A model generated the notes under the pieces. It saw only the letters and a list, made by a program, of their open reading frames with translations, was not told where the DNA came from and did not search any database. Shown piece by piece: positions 36,417-48,310 of a stretch of 64,000 nucleotides of DNA. Position 1 is the stretch's first letter. Each line of letters opens with the position of its first letter. The DNA lies in the NCBI GenBank assembly GCA_950097015.1, contig CATNEN010000031.1, positions 3,038,001 to 3,102,000 of the forward strand, given 5' to 3'. This DNA comes from Macrostomum hystrix (lineage: Eukaryota > Animalia > Platyhelminthes). The position numbers and the translations under genes were made by a program.

Positions 36417-39400
36417 TGTAATAGCTCAAGAGTCAAGCTGTGTGAGGTGCGAAGAAATAGGTGAGCCCTCCAAGTAGGGCGAGACAGTATTTATATATTT
36501 GCCTCAACGTGCAACCGATACGATCAACGTGCGCGTGGGGGGCATGTACATAGTGAGCGAGAGTTAGTGATATGTACATATTAGATTGACCGGCAAAGCG
36601 ATACGTGAGTGCTATTAGACTACGGCATGACAGTCCTCCTCAAGTGGATGAAAAATTAAGGGAATAAAATGAAAGAAGTAGTAGCAGGCAACAATATAAT
36701 TGTTTTTAGAACAGTCCTTGTAACTTTAGTCTGTCAATCAAGCAATTCAGCTTCTGCGCAGGTCGGGTTCTCTGTAGTTCCTCTCTGGGTCCTTCGCCCG
36801 CCGTGGGTGGAGCCGGGCTGCGACTGGCTCCGTGAGCTCAGGGGCGTCGGGAGGTTCGAGCGGCTGCTGATCGGACTGCTCAGGCTGCCCGGGCAGCCGC
36901 TTGACCTGCGTGGCGTGCCTGCGGCAGACGACGTCGTCGCGCTGCATGAGCAGGGAGTCGCCTTGCACCTCGGCCACGGTCCACGGCGCCGACTCGTAGA
37001 AGGCGTCGGTCTTTTGCCGGGGCTGCTGGCGCCTGAGGACGCGGTCGCCGGCGCGAATGCCGTGGTCGGCGGCTCTGAAGCGTCGGTCGGCGTGCCGCTT
37101 CATAGCCTCCTTGGCCTGTCTGTCGCTGTCGGCAATGGCCGCTCGAGTCGCGTCGACGGGCTGCGAGTGTCGGAGACTCGGGATCACATCGTTGATCTGC
37201 CTGCCAAATAACAGACTGGCCGGCGCGACGCCCGTGGAGCAGTGCGGAGTGCGTCTGTACGCTGCCAGGTACTCGTCCAGGGCCAGTGTCCAGTCCCTGC
37301 CTTCGACGATCGCTGCGCGGATAGCCTTGTTCAGCCCTTGATTGCACCGCTCCGTTGCGCCGTTGGCCTGAGGGTAGAGAGGCGTGATCCGATGGTGCCG
37401 TGCGCCCTGATCCATCAGGAAGCTGCTGAACTCGGCCGATGCGAAGGGTGGGCCATTGTCTGTGGTCACCTTTGTCGGCTGCCCGAAGATGCTAAACCAC
37501 CGGCGTAGCACGTTGATGACGGCGGAGGCGGTGGTGCTGGCCATGACCTCCACGAGCGGGAACCTGGAGAAGTGGTCCGTACAGACGAGCAGCGACTTGC
37601 CGTTTATCGGTCCGAGGAAGTCGAGCCCCAGCTCGAGCCAGGGGCCCTCCGGCAGTTCGGTCGGCTTTAGCGGCGTGGCTTTCGGCGAGGTCTCGCTGGT
37701 GCAGGTCAGGCAGCTGGTGCAGGCTGCTACGTGCGCCTCCACGGATGCTCGCATGCCTGGCCACCAGACCTTCGCTTGCAAGCGGTCGAGCGTTTTTTTG
37801 ACGCCCTGGTGTCCCTGGTGGGCCAGCTGCATGCACCGGTATCGCAGAGTCGTCGGCATGTACAGCTGACTGCCGCGCAGCAGCAGGCCGTTCAGCTCGG
37901 ATAGTTCGTGGGATACGCCATGGAGTCCCTGCAGGCACGTGTCACTCTTGTCCCATTGGTGGCCGCGGATGGCGTGTAGCGCTGCTTGTACCGTGCCGTC
38001 TCGTTCGGAGGCCGCCTTGATTGTGCCCAGGCTGATGGACACCGGAGTGGCAGCTTGGACTGCCGTGGCCACGTAGATCGCGTCCGCCTGCTCGCCGACG
38101 TTGTTTGGTGGCATTGGCAGCGGCTGGCGGCTCAGGACGTCAGACGGGTTGCCGGCGCCGGGCTGGTACACGACCCGAAAGACAAGGTCTTGCAGTCGCA
38201 GCGCCATGCGCTCAATGCGGGGTGGCGGCCGAGACCCCGTGCTGAACAGGGATATCAGCGGCTTGTGGTCGGTGATGACCTTGAAACTGCCACCCCCGCT
38301 GAGGTAGTGGTAGAACTTCAGGCCGCCGTACTTCACCGCGAGGGCCTCTCGCTCCGTCTGGGAGTAGCGCTGCTCGGTCGGGCTGAGGCTGCGGCTCGCG
38401 TATGCCACCGGCCGCGTCGATCCGTCTGGCTGAACTTGGGCAAGGATGGCGCCGACACCCGTGGGGCTGGCGTCCACGATCAGCTGAGTCTGCAGCTCAC
38501 TATTGAAGAATGCCAGCGCGTGGCTGCTGGCGATCGTCTGTTTGATGTCGTTGAATGCGGCCTCTTGCTTTTCGCCCCACGTCCACTCGGCGGCCTGCCT
38601 TGTCAGCTCGCGGAGTGGCCGGGCCCTGTCAGACAGGTTGCTGATGAAGCGCGCTACGAAGGTGACGAGGCCGAGGAAGGAGCGCACCTCGGTTGCGTTG
38701 GTCGGCCGCTTGAAGTTGTTGATGGCCGCTACTTTCTCGGCGCTTGGGTGAATGCCGCATGCAGAGAGCCGCATGGCGAGAAAGTCGACCTCTGGCCGGG
38801 CGAAGCGGCACTTCTTGGGGTTCAACGTGATGTTGCTAGCCTTCAACCGGGCCAGGCAGTCTCGCAGGCGCTGGTTGTGCTCTTCAATGTTTTTCGCGTA
38901 CACCAGGATGTCGTCGTGCACCCAGCGGACGCCGGGGAGGCCACTCAGGACGGAGGTCATCACCCGCTGGAGGATCTCGGAGGCGGATGTGAAGCCCATG
39001 CAGAGCCGGCGCAGCCGCAGGAGCCCGATGGGTGAGGAGAACGTTAGCAGGTCTCTAGACTCCTCGGCGACTTCAATTTGGTGGAAGGCTTTGGCGACGT
39101 CCAGCTCCGAGAAATACGTCGCGCCCGCCATCTCGTCCGTCACCTCTTCGAATGTGGGTATAGGCTGCTTCTCTGGGATGACGTACTTGTTCACCTCGCG
39201 GAGGTCCTGGGTGATGCGAACCTCGCCCTGCTCGGCCTTTGGAACTGCGACCATTCTGGAGCACCAGGCTGTTGGACCACGCACTCGTTCGACGATTCCC
39301 AGTGCCAGTTGATCTTCCAGCTCCTTGATTACAGCATTCCTTAGGTGAACGGGCACTCGGGATGGCGGCTGGCAGACTGGAGTGGCATCCGGCCTGAGCC

Positions 39401-40967
39401 TGATAGTGACGCTGACTCCCTTCACGCATCCGATGCCTTGAAAGCAGTCGCTGAATTCCGCCAGGATTGTCTGAAGTTGCAGCTGCTTGGGCAGGTGCTG
39501 GTCCTCACTGCTGGCCGGCTTAGCTAGGCTGGCCACCACCGCAGAGTTCGTGCTGACTTCAGGTCCGACTCTCAGCATGCCGAGCTTTGTGCTGGACGAT
39601 CTTCCGAGAATCGGTGTGCAGTTGCTGCTGATGACGATGAAATTGGCCTGCAATTCGCGGTGGTTCGCTCTGACAGTGAGCGTTGTTTGGCCGGCTGTCT
39701 TCAGTGGCTCGCTGGCACCAAGCGCAAAGACTGTGGTGCTGGACGGCGAAAGCGGCGTGCCGCGCCGGCAGATTCTGTGGAACGTCGCCATGTCCAACAC
39801 GTTGCAGCTCGCTCCGCTGTCGATCAGTGTGCGGACCGGACTGCCGTTGATTCTGATGACGAACTTGGCGCTGTCGTCCTTGCCGCTGAGCGTGCAGAAC
39901 ACCTCGTTGGGTGGTTGGTCGGCTGACTGGTCCTGCTCGGGCTGCAGTGAGTTAATCTTCGAGCGGCTGCTGAGGCAGGCCTTGGCCAGATGGTTGGCCT
40001 TGCCGCAGCTGCTGCATCGCTTGCCTTGCGCCCTGCTGCAGCTCTTGTGGCCCAGCTCGCCGCACCGGATGCACTTAGCAAATTGCTGCGACTCACGCGA
40101 AGGTTCCGGCAGCGGGTGGCGCTGGCGGCGCAGTTGCGCCACTTCCTCAGAGGCTGCCGCTGTCCTGGTCATGATGGCCGCCTGCTTCTCTGCTGCCTCG
40201 TGCGTCCTGGCCAGCTGGAGAGTGTCCGACAGGCTGATGTTGGGGATATTCAGCAGGCGCTTCCTCAGTGACTCGCTGCGACAGCTGGCCACGATTTGGT
40301 CCCTGATGAGCGACTGGCGGAGACCCTCGAACTTGCAGGTTTCCGAGGCGCTCCACAGTCTGCTGTGCCAAGCGTCTATGGATTCGCCTTCTTCCTGGAG
40401 ACAGTGGCGAAACTGGTATCGAATGAAGACGACGTTATCGCGGCCTTGGAAGTGCGTGCTGAACTGTGCGATCAGCTGGTCGACCGTGGGCTCGGCTGCG
40501 GGCTCGCCTTCTTGTTGCTGCGACTGGGTGGCGATCTCGTTGTACAGGTCGCTCACTTCTTTGCCTGCCGTATACAGAAGGATCTGGCGTTTCTGCGTCT
40601 CATCTTTGATGCCGGTTGCCGCCAGGTACCGCAGAAGGTTGGTCGACCACTCCTGCCAGCGCTTGCTTACAGAGTGAGGGTCGTCTCTGATGCTAAAGTG
40701 GGCTGGTGGAGGCAGTTGTAGGAAGGCCATGGTTCGGCCTTGCGACGCCAATGTAATAGCTCAAGAGTCAAGCTGTGTGAGGTGCGAAGAAATAGGTGAG
40801 CCCTCCAAGTAGGGCGAGACAGTATTTATATATTTGCCTCAACGTGCAACCGATACGATCAACGTGCGCGTGGGGGGCATGTACATAGTGAGCGAGAGTT
40901 AGTGATATGTACATATTAGATTGACCGGCAAAGCGATACGTGAGTGCTATTAGACTACGGCATGACA
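36417..40967 (-). mobile_element. Full-length Ty3/Gypsy LTR retrotransposon (Mag-like), 4551 bp
   Basis: 216-bp LTRs at 36417-36632 and 40752-40967 (TG...CA) look identical by eye. 5-bp TSD ATTCT (36412-36416, 40968-40972). PBS TGGCGTCGC follows the 5' LTR and a PPT-like GAGGAGGAC precedes the 3' LTR. Confidence 0.97.
36747..40730 (-). CDS. Intact single-ORF Gag-Pol polyprotein (gag, CCHC knuckles, protease, RT, RNase H, integrase)
   Basis: ATG at 40730. Motifs: zinc knuckles CIRCGELGH and CSSCGKANHLAKAC, protease LIDSGAS, RT VHDDIL, RNase H VDASPTGVGAIL...TDHKPL, integrase H(QGH)..C..C, DFLGP, TDNGPPF, NGATER. Confidence 0.95.
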   Translation of the reverse strand: MAFLQLPPPAHFSIRDDPHSVSKRWQEWSTNLLRYLAATGIKDETQKRQILLYTAGKEVSDLYNEIATQSQQQEGEPAAEPTVDQLIAQFSTHFQGRDNVVFIRYQFRHCLQEEGESIDAWHSRLWSASETCKFEGLRQSLIRDQIVASCRSESLRKRLLNIPNISLSDTLQLARTHEAAEKQAAIMTRTAAASEEVAQLRRQRHPLPEPSRESQQFAKCIRCGELGHKSCSRAQGKRCSSCGKANHLAKACLSSRSKINSLQPEQDQSADQPPNEVFCTLSGKDDSAKFVIRINGSPVRTLIDSGASCNVLDMATFHRICRRGTPLSPSSTTVFALGASEPLKTAGQTTLTVRANHRELQANFIVISSNCTPILGRSSSTKLGMLRVGPEVSTNSAVVASLAKPASSEDQHLPKQLQLQTILAEFSDCFQGIGCVKGVSVTIRLRPDATPVCQPPSRVPVHLRNAVIKELEDQLALGIVERVRGPTAWCSRMVAVPKAEQGEVRITQDLREVNKYVIPEKQPIPTFEEVTDEMAGATYFSELDVAKAFHQIEVAEESRDLLTFSSPIGLLRLRRLCMGFTSASEILQRVMTSVLSGLPGVRWVHDDILVYAKNIEEHNQRLRDCLARLKASNITLNPKKCRFARPEVDFLAMRLSACGIHPSAEKVAAINNFKRPTNATEVRSFLGLVTFVARFISNLSDRARPLRELTRQAAEWTWGEKQEAAFNDIKQTIASSHALAFFNSELQTQLIVDASPTGVGAILAQVQPDGSTRPVAYASRSLSPTEQRYSQTEREALAVKYGGLKFYHYLSGGGSFKVITDHKPLISLFSTGSRPPPRIERMALRLQDLVFRVVYQPGAGNPSDVLSRQPLPMPPNNVGEQADAIYVATAVQAATPVSISLGTIKAASERDGTVQAALHAIRGHQWDKSDTCLQGLHGVSHELSELNGLLLRGSQLYMPTTLRYRCMQLAHQGHQGVKKTLDRLQAKVWWPGMRASVEAHVAACTSCLTCTSETSPKATPLKPTELPEGPWLELGLDFLGPINGKSLLVCTDHFSRFPLVEVMASTTASAVINVLRRWFSIFGQPTKVTTDNGPPFASAEFSSFLMDQGARHHRITPLYPQANGATERCNQGLNKAIRAAIVEGRDWTLALDEYLAAYRRTPHCSTGVAPASLLFGRQINDVIPSLRHSQPVDATRAAIADSDRQAKEAMKRHADRRFRAADHGIRAGDRVLRRQQPRQKTDAFYESAPWTVAEVQGDSLLMQRDDVVCRRHATQVKRLPGQPEQSDQQPLEPPDAPELTEPVAARLHPRRAKDPERNYREPDLRRS

Positions 40968-42375
40968 ATTCTCACTGCCACTGTCATGGTGATTCTCACT
41001 GCCACTGCCACTGTCATGGTGATTCTCACTGCCACTGTCATGGTGATTCTCACTGCCACTGCCACTGTCATGGTGATTCTCACTGCCACTGTCATGGTGA
41101 TTCTCACTGCCACTGCCACTGTCATGGTGATTCTCACTGCCACTGTCATGGTGATTCTCACTGTCACTGTCATGGTGATTCTCACTGTCACTGCCATGGT
41201 GATTCTCATTGTCACTGCCATGGTGATTCTCACTGCCACTGCCACTGTCATGGTGATTCTCACTGCCACTGCCACTGTCATGGTGATTCTCACTGCCACT
41301 GCCACTGTCATGGTGATTCTCACTGCCACTGCCACTGTCATGGTGATTCTCACTGCCACTGCCACTGTCATGGTGATTCTCACTGCCACTGTCATGGTGA
41401 TTCTCACTGCCACTGCCACTGTCATGGTGATTCTCACTGCCACTGTCATGGTAATTCTCACTGCCACTGTCATGGTGATTCTCACTGCCACTGCCACTGT
41501 CATGGTGATTCTCACTGCCACTGTCATGGTGATTCTCACTGCCACTGCCACTGTCATGGTGATTCTCACTGCCACTGTCATGGTGATTCTCACTGCCACT
41601 GCCACTGTCATGGTAATTCTCACTGCCACTGTCATGGTGATTCTCACTGTCACTGCCATGGTGATTCTCATTGTCACTGCCATGGTGATTCTCATTGTCA
41701 CTGCCATGGTGATTCTCATTGTCACTGCCATGGTGATTCTCATTGTCACTGCCATGGTGATTCTCATTGTCAGTGTCACTGCCATGGTGATTCTCATTGT
41801 CAGTGTCACTGCCATGGTGATTCTCACTGTCACTGCCATGGTGATTCTCATTGTCACTGCCATGGTGATTCTCACTGTCACTGTCATGGTGATTCTCACT
41901 GTCACTGTCATGGTGATTCTCATTGTCAGTGTCACTGCCATGGTGATTCTCATTGTCAGTGTCACTGCCATGGTGATTCTCATTGTCAGTGTCACTGCCA
42001 TGGTGATTCTCATTGTCAGTGTCACTGCCATGGTGATTCTCATTGTCACTGCCATGGTGATTCTCATTGTCAGTGTCACTGCCATGGTGATTCTCATTGT
42101 CACTGCCATGGTGATTCTCATTGTCAGTGTCACTGCCATGGTGATTCTCATTGTCACTGTCATGGTGATTCTCACTGTCACTGTCATGGTGATTCTCACT
42201 GTCACTGTCACTGTCATGGTGATTCTCATTGTCAGTGTCACTGCCATGGTGATTCTCATTGTCACTGCCATGGTGATTCTCATTGTCACTGCCATGGTGA
42301 TTCTCACTGTCACTGCCATGGTGATTCTCATTGTCACTGCCATGGTGATTCTCATTGTCAGTGTCACTGTCAGTG
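40968..42375. repeat. 24/30-bp satellite, right arm
   Basis: Resumes at the TSD. Unit variants change along the array. Confidence 0.95.
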
Positions 42376-43109
42376 TCCCTTGGCACCGAGTTAAATTTAT
42401 TAATCCAAGCGCCGGGGCAAATGCGTTCTCTAAAACTGCCAAAAATTCGCTAGAGATAAAGTAAAGAAAGTGAATTCGACAGCGCTAGTTGGCGAGAATT
42501 ATCGAACAGCGAGTGGCTATGCCTGCGCTCGGCGAAGCGCGTCGAAGTACTTTAGTCGGCTTCGGCGCCACTCGAAAGTTAAGGAAAGCCGGACCTATGC
42601 TTTGGTTGCCGCATGCGTGGACCTAACGAGGCGAGCCTGTGGCTTCCTTCATCTGAGATCTTTCAGGCCATCCTTGTCCCACCCCCGTATCCGGGTACTC
42701 GACCTGCGAGCCGCGCTCTCATCGACCTCAACGCTACCGTGGGAGTTCTGCCCAGCCCCTTGTTTGGGGAGGCCAGCCAGCGGCAGCAGATGAGGCGTGA
42801 CCGAGCAAGCTTACACACTTAGCGTCTGATTGCCCCAAGCCTTGGGACACGATTCCGTCCTTTAGACCATGAATTTCTATTCTTATTTTGGAATTTCAAA
42901 TTGTTGCGTGTCTTGCAGAGACAAGTCACATTTATGCAAGAGAGAATCAAGAAAAAAATTTCTGGCTGTGATTGAAATTGAAAAACATCCGGAAATTAAA
43001 ATTTTGCGTGACTTCTTTAACTGTTATTGCATCTGGCACCGCTACTAGCAGCGCATTCTGTAAGCTCATTTTTCCAGTGCCTCGTTCTGCTGTGAAGCTC
43101 TGTTTTCGT

Positions 43110-43437
43110 GCGTCATTCTGTCAGTGTGACATTCTGTCAGTGAGTCATTCTGTTAGTGTGACATTCTGTCAGTGAGTCATTCTGTTAGTGTGACATTCTG
43201 TCAGTGAGTCATTCTGTTAGTGTGACATTCTGTCATTGAGTCATTCTGTTAGTGTGACATTCTGTCATTGAGTCATTCTGTTAGTGAGTCATTCTGTCAT
43301 TGAGTCATTCTGTTAGTGAGTCATTCTGTCAGTGTGACATTCTGTCAGTGAGTCATTCTGTTAGTGTGTCATTCTGTCAGTGTGTCATTCTGTCAGTGTG
43401 TCATTCTGTCAGTGAGTCATTCTGTCAGTGTGTCATT
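43110..43437. repeat. 16-bp repeat (TCATTCTGTCAGTGTG)n
   Basis: Direct reading. Confidence 0.9.
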
Positions 43438-43919
43438 CGGTCACTCGGCATTCGGCAGCAGACAGCACTGACGAGTCTGCCTTATCTTCTGACCAATATC
43501 CTGATTCGAAGGGTCTAGCCATCCCGCAAATGTCCGGTTCCTTGGCAGCCAGGCAGCCAATGGCAGTGTCCCTATTCGTGTAGAAACTACATGGGATTCG
43601 CCTGTTTAAAATATAAAGAATTAGCCAGAGCTTTACCATGAGAATACTTTTCTAGGCACACGAGTCGTTTTATAATTCAAATTCGGTAAGTTTCATTTGA
43701 TTTTATAGAATTTAACAAAAACTTAGTTGAGAAAAAATCTACGCTAAGTTTGCTCGCCTATCTAGCCAAATCAGTCTACAAGCTTGGATAGTACCTGTGA
43801 TAATTTAACTCTGCTTTGTAACTTTTTAGAGTGACTCTCCGAGATTTTCTTTCTGTTGGTTGGCATCACAGATTCAAAAGGTCCTAACAAGATTCTCCAG
43901 AGATCCCAAAAGTCCTCAC

Positions 43920-44330
43920 TAGATCTTCCAAGGATCCTTGCAAGATCCTGACAAGATCCTCATAATATACTCACAAAATCCTCCAAGAATCCCTCACAAG
44001 ATCCTCACAAAATCCTCACAAAATCCTCCAAAAATCCCTCACAAGATCCTCACAAGGTCCTAACAATTTCCTCACAAAATCTCTCAAAAGATCCTCACAA
44101 TATCTTCCCAAGATCCTTCCAAGATCCTCAAAAAATCCTCACAAGATCCTCACAAAATCTCTCTAAAGATCTTCACAAGATCCTCACAATATCCTCACGA
44201 AATCCCTCAAAAGATCCTCACAAAATCCTTCAAAATATATTTTCAAGATCTTCACAATATCCTCACAAAATCTCTAAAAAAATCCTCACAATATCTTCCC
44301 AAGACCTTCCAAGATCCTCGAAAGATCCTC
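43920..44330. repeat. Degenerate 11-12-bp repeat (CACAAGATCCT)n
   Basis: Direct reading. Confidence 0.85.
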
Positions 44331-45659
44331 AGAGGACTAAAGCCAAAAGGCCAATAAAGTCGCATTTGCGCATTAGACAATGCGAGAGCCCTACTAACTT
44401 GTGCCCGCTTGCGCCGCGGCGATCCGGCTTAGGGGCGGCTATAATGATAGGATCCGTTAGGATAATCGCAGCAACCTGCGGCAGCCAGTTAATTAGAGGA
44501 AAGAGAAGCCTTCCTTCTCCCCGTCAGACGTAAGATTGTAGCGGGTGCGCTTCAGCGCACTTTTCCCAGCTCCTCCACCTCTGGGGAGATTCGAGCGGAG
44601 GCGGGAAGCAAAAATCAGCTGGCAAAGATTGAGCTTGGAAGATGTGGGAAGAATCAGGAAAATTAGAGGATTCCGATGCCCTCCGCTGAGGGTTTCGATT
44701 TGAGACAGGGAGTGCTCAGCCACGGACACGGCAAATTCTAAGAAATCGGAGCTGCTGGCCTCACTAAATATAGCTCCAGACACAGAGGCCAGCAGGCATT
44801 GCAAAGTGGTCTTCGCAATGTCACTCTGAGCTTGTCTAGTTACTATTATCATTAATTCTTGGATTTGGTTGATGAGCTCTGGGAGGTCCAATTTACTGGC
44901 TTGTCCCAAATTCAAATCCCGGATCTCCAGACTCAGATAAAAGTTCAGCCACAGGCGGCTATAGGTATCCAATTAGCCGCTATGCCGGCAGTGGAAGGAA
45001 ATCGGAGGCGCTGCCTTAGTTAACGCCCGGACTGCGCTAAAGCTGTCAAAATTGAGTGACAAGTCATCATGGAAAGCACTTGGGATAAGCTACGGCCGTC
45101 AGTTCGCTAAGCATGAGCGGAAACAGAAGTCTGCAGGTTTCTTAATCTCCAGTTCTAAGAGAGGGTGTGTGAAAAATTCATTAGGACTGGCAAGTAGGCG
45201 TTGAAAAGTCTAGACGTTTGCGGTATTTGGTATGTTCAGGCATCTGGCACATGCCAGGAAGACTCTAACGAGCTAAAGTTAGGGTGGCGCATTGTTGGCC
45301 TATGCTCGCAACAATGTTGCTACGCTCCCAATTCCATTAGACTCTGGAGTGGGATAGATAATTGAATTGGCCTTGGCGGAGTCACCGAAAAGTCCATTAT
45401 TGAAGCCGTGGGATAATAAGTTTGTTATAATTAAAAATATCTGAGAGTTAGGGCGCACGCCAAACTTAAAAATACTATTAGCTATTTTGCGCTGCAATGT
45501 AATGCAAAATATTTTAGCAATTGTTCTAGTCGAGATGGACAAGATAGATGTATAGATAGTACCGTCAAAGATACTCGTAAAAGTACATAAAATAATTAAA
45601 TAGTCCCACAACTCGCAGATAAAAACCCAATTTAATGACAGACAAACAGACACGAAACT

Positions 45660-46143
45660 TCAGACATCTCACAGACAGACACCTCACGGAGGACAGACAC
45701 CTCACAGACAGACACCTCATAGACAGACACCTCATAGACAGACACCTCACAGACACCTCACGGACAGACACCTCATAGACAGACACCTCACGTACAGACA
45801 CCTCACAGACAAACACCTCACGGACAGACACCTCATAGACAGACACCTCACAGACACCTCACGGACAGACACCTCATAGACAGAAACCTCACGTACAGAC
45901 ACCTCACAGACAAACACCTCACGGACACCTCACGGAGAGACACCTCACAGACAAACACCTCACGGACACCTCACGGACAGACACCTCATAGACAGACACC
46001 TCACGGACAGACACCTCACAGACAGACACTTCACGGACAGACGCCTCACGGACAGACACCTCATAGACAGACACTTCACGGACAGACGCCTCACGGACAG
46101 ACACCTCATAGACAGACACCTCATAGACAGACACCTCACGGAC
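45660..46143. repeat. About 16-bp repeat (ACAGACACCTCACGG/ATAG)n
   Basis: Direct reading. Confidence 0.9.
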
Positions 46144-48187
46144 GGAGCACTGTGACTGGACTCAGACTTATCTTAATCGGCTTAAGGGCACCAGCGAATG
46201 CAAATTAAGTGATTTTTCAGCAGTGCTAATAGAAGCAGTCAGTCTGAGCGACTATCAAGGCCGGCATCCTGTGTGGTCCGCTAGCAAATCCTTTATCCTC
46301 TCCTCGGGCCTCTCATCTCGCAGCTCAAATCCTCTGTCCTTGCCTTCGGCGTGCCTTTTGAAAGAGGGGAAGATTATTCTGAGCAAACTGTGCACAGCTC
46401 CGGGCTCACTCTTCCCAATGCATTCCGGCCATCCCGGACTCCTCTTAGCTGCCACAGCAGAAAATTGTTTGCCCCGTCTTTGCAAGATGACGTCTCAGCT
46501 CTCTGAGCCGGGGGGCGGTCATAGCTGGGCAATTTATTAATGGAAGAAGACCTCCATTGCCTCGATCCTTTCTCTGAATTCCTCTCGCCCGGAATTCCTC
46601 TCGCCACAGTCTGTTATCCGATAATGCCGGACCGACCTTTCGCCAGAAGGATGCACTCAATCTTTCGTATTTATCGACACACACGCAAACACAACTCACA
46701 AAGATGGCTTTCGTGATTAATTCGACTACAAAAGCGTGCAGGGATATATCAGTTTAGTCTGTCAATAAGTCATTTAATTTTTCTGACATTGGCGGCCGAG
46801 ATTTCAATAGATTATTTGAATTGAACATGTGTGAAATCTAAAGAAAGGAACTAAATTAGTCAGTAAAATTTCTAAAGGTCTAAGTTATTAACAATTGTTA
46901 CTCATACTAATTTAATGGAAATTTAATTCTATTTATCTGATTAACACTTTCTTTAATTTCTTCTAGTAGTTATTTTACGTATTTAATTCAATTTATTTTC
47001 TAATTAAAATTTACTTTTTCTCAAATCACAGGCACAAATAAGTATAGTAATTCGTTAATACCTAGTTCTTAGATACAATATATTTTATTAAAAAGTGTTT
47101 TTTAACATTTTTATAGCTTTCCTTTAATTATACAGTAAATGTTATTTAGTGATGCAAAAATTAACAAAACGACAGTAAAAAAATAGAACTAAAACCGGAA
47201 AATATCGATCAGATCCAAACATATTTGTTTATAACACAAAGATTTTTTGTTTTTTTAGCTTTGAATAAATTTCAATTAATTCCCACTCGAAAGCATATAT
47301 AGTACAATTGTTTTAATTTATCTTTTATGTTTTAATTTAAAAGAAAAATCATACGCAGTTCATACGTCCTATAAAAATATACATCTTCAAGCCCGATAAT
47401 TACTATGCTCTGAATGACTTATAATATCGTAGTAAAAATATTATATATAAATATATATATACTCACACAAATCGCCTGGCCTAACAGAGCAGCTTCTTGT
47501 AGGACCGCGTGAATTCATGTCGAAATTCATTTTTTTACAATTAACTGCTTATGTATGAGTGGGCTTCTCTTATTGAGATATTAAAATTATTATTGAGACT
47601 ACTGTAAGTACTTTTGTAATATAAATCTGCCATCACGCAGACTCAATCAATATACTACTAACTTGAGAGAAAAAAAGCATAGAGGAGGTTGGAGCATTTG
47701 ACAGCCGCATTGGTGGAATAATCCCCACAATATCCCACAGAGAGTGAGAGAGAAGCGTGATGTATAACCGAGGTTCACCTATCGTGCTTTGGCGCCGTTG
47801 GTTCAGGCTTATAGTTAGAACGGCCGGCAATGTAAAAATAAGTGTGGCACCGGTCTGATACTGCAGGGATGGGTGGCTTAGCTGTGACAGCTAGGCCAAT
47901 AATTATTCTGCAGGCTCACTGTGTCACATAGCGAAATTGTGGAATTCTCCTATAGAGTTATCAAGATTGTGTGGAGGCCAGAGTCATTCTTATTTGCTAT
48001 TATTTGTATGTTTATTGAAGCAGATGCGGAAAGAACTGCACTACTCAAGCTATGCTCAGCTATCAACGTTAAATTTTTTTTCTACCGACGTGTAACTGGA
48101 AATAAAAGTGCTGAATGAAGCTACGAAAAGTTCGGGAAAAAGCTAAAGCTAATAAAAAAAGTACAGATTAGATGGATGTTTTATTCA

Positions 48188-48256
48188 GATGGGCTGAGAT
48201 TCGAACTTCTGACCTCTTAATCAGAAGTCCGAAGCTCTAACCAATGCGCTGCAAGG
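48188..48256 (-). pseudogene. tRNA-like sequence (Arg-TCT-like loop), probably a pseudogene or SINE head
   Basis: Minus strand reads GCAGCGCATTGGTTAGAGC...GGACTTCTGATT...GGTCAGAAGTTCGAATC, with A/B boxes and a CTTCTGA loop. The stems pair poorly. Confidence 0.4.
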
Positions 48257-48310
48257 ATAATAATACACAAATTGATTATTATTTGTGTAACCCAATATGG
48301 TTCTCATGAT

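Larger units (their letters stand above)
32600..46700 (-). pseudogene. Probable decayed multi-exon gene for a large helical protein, broken by satellites and an LTR insertion
   Basis: GC-balanced islands lie between the arrays, with protein-like minus-strand frames containing stops and frameshifts. Examples: 35944-35714 (AG...GT, 77 codons, ...DDLDSFWKLIENLLRFSDS*REFHRKL...), 43601-43445 (open, AG...GT), 45653-44493 (one frame, 7 internal stops), about 34975-34670 and about 46700-46255. No family recognised. Confidence 0.35.

Noticed and set aside
40940-42464. About 480-500-aa His/Cys-rich (HCHCHGDS)n and related ORFs in several frames
   Set aside because: The 24/30-bp units are multiples of 3 and lack stops in most frames on both strands. 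There are no splice or promoter cues, and the array tolerates an LTR insertion.
44493-45653. Idea that in-frame TAA/TAG codons are read as Gln (alternative code) or result from RIP-like CpA hypermutation
   Set aside because: TGA stops and frameshifts also occur in these islands, and neighbouring genes end in TAA/TAG. A rough hand count over 44973-45300 showed no CA/TG depletion. Ordinary decay or non-coding DNA is the simpler explanation.
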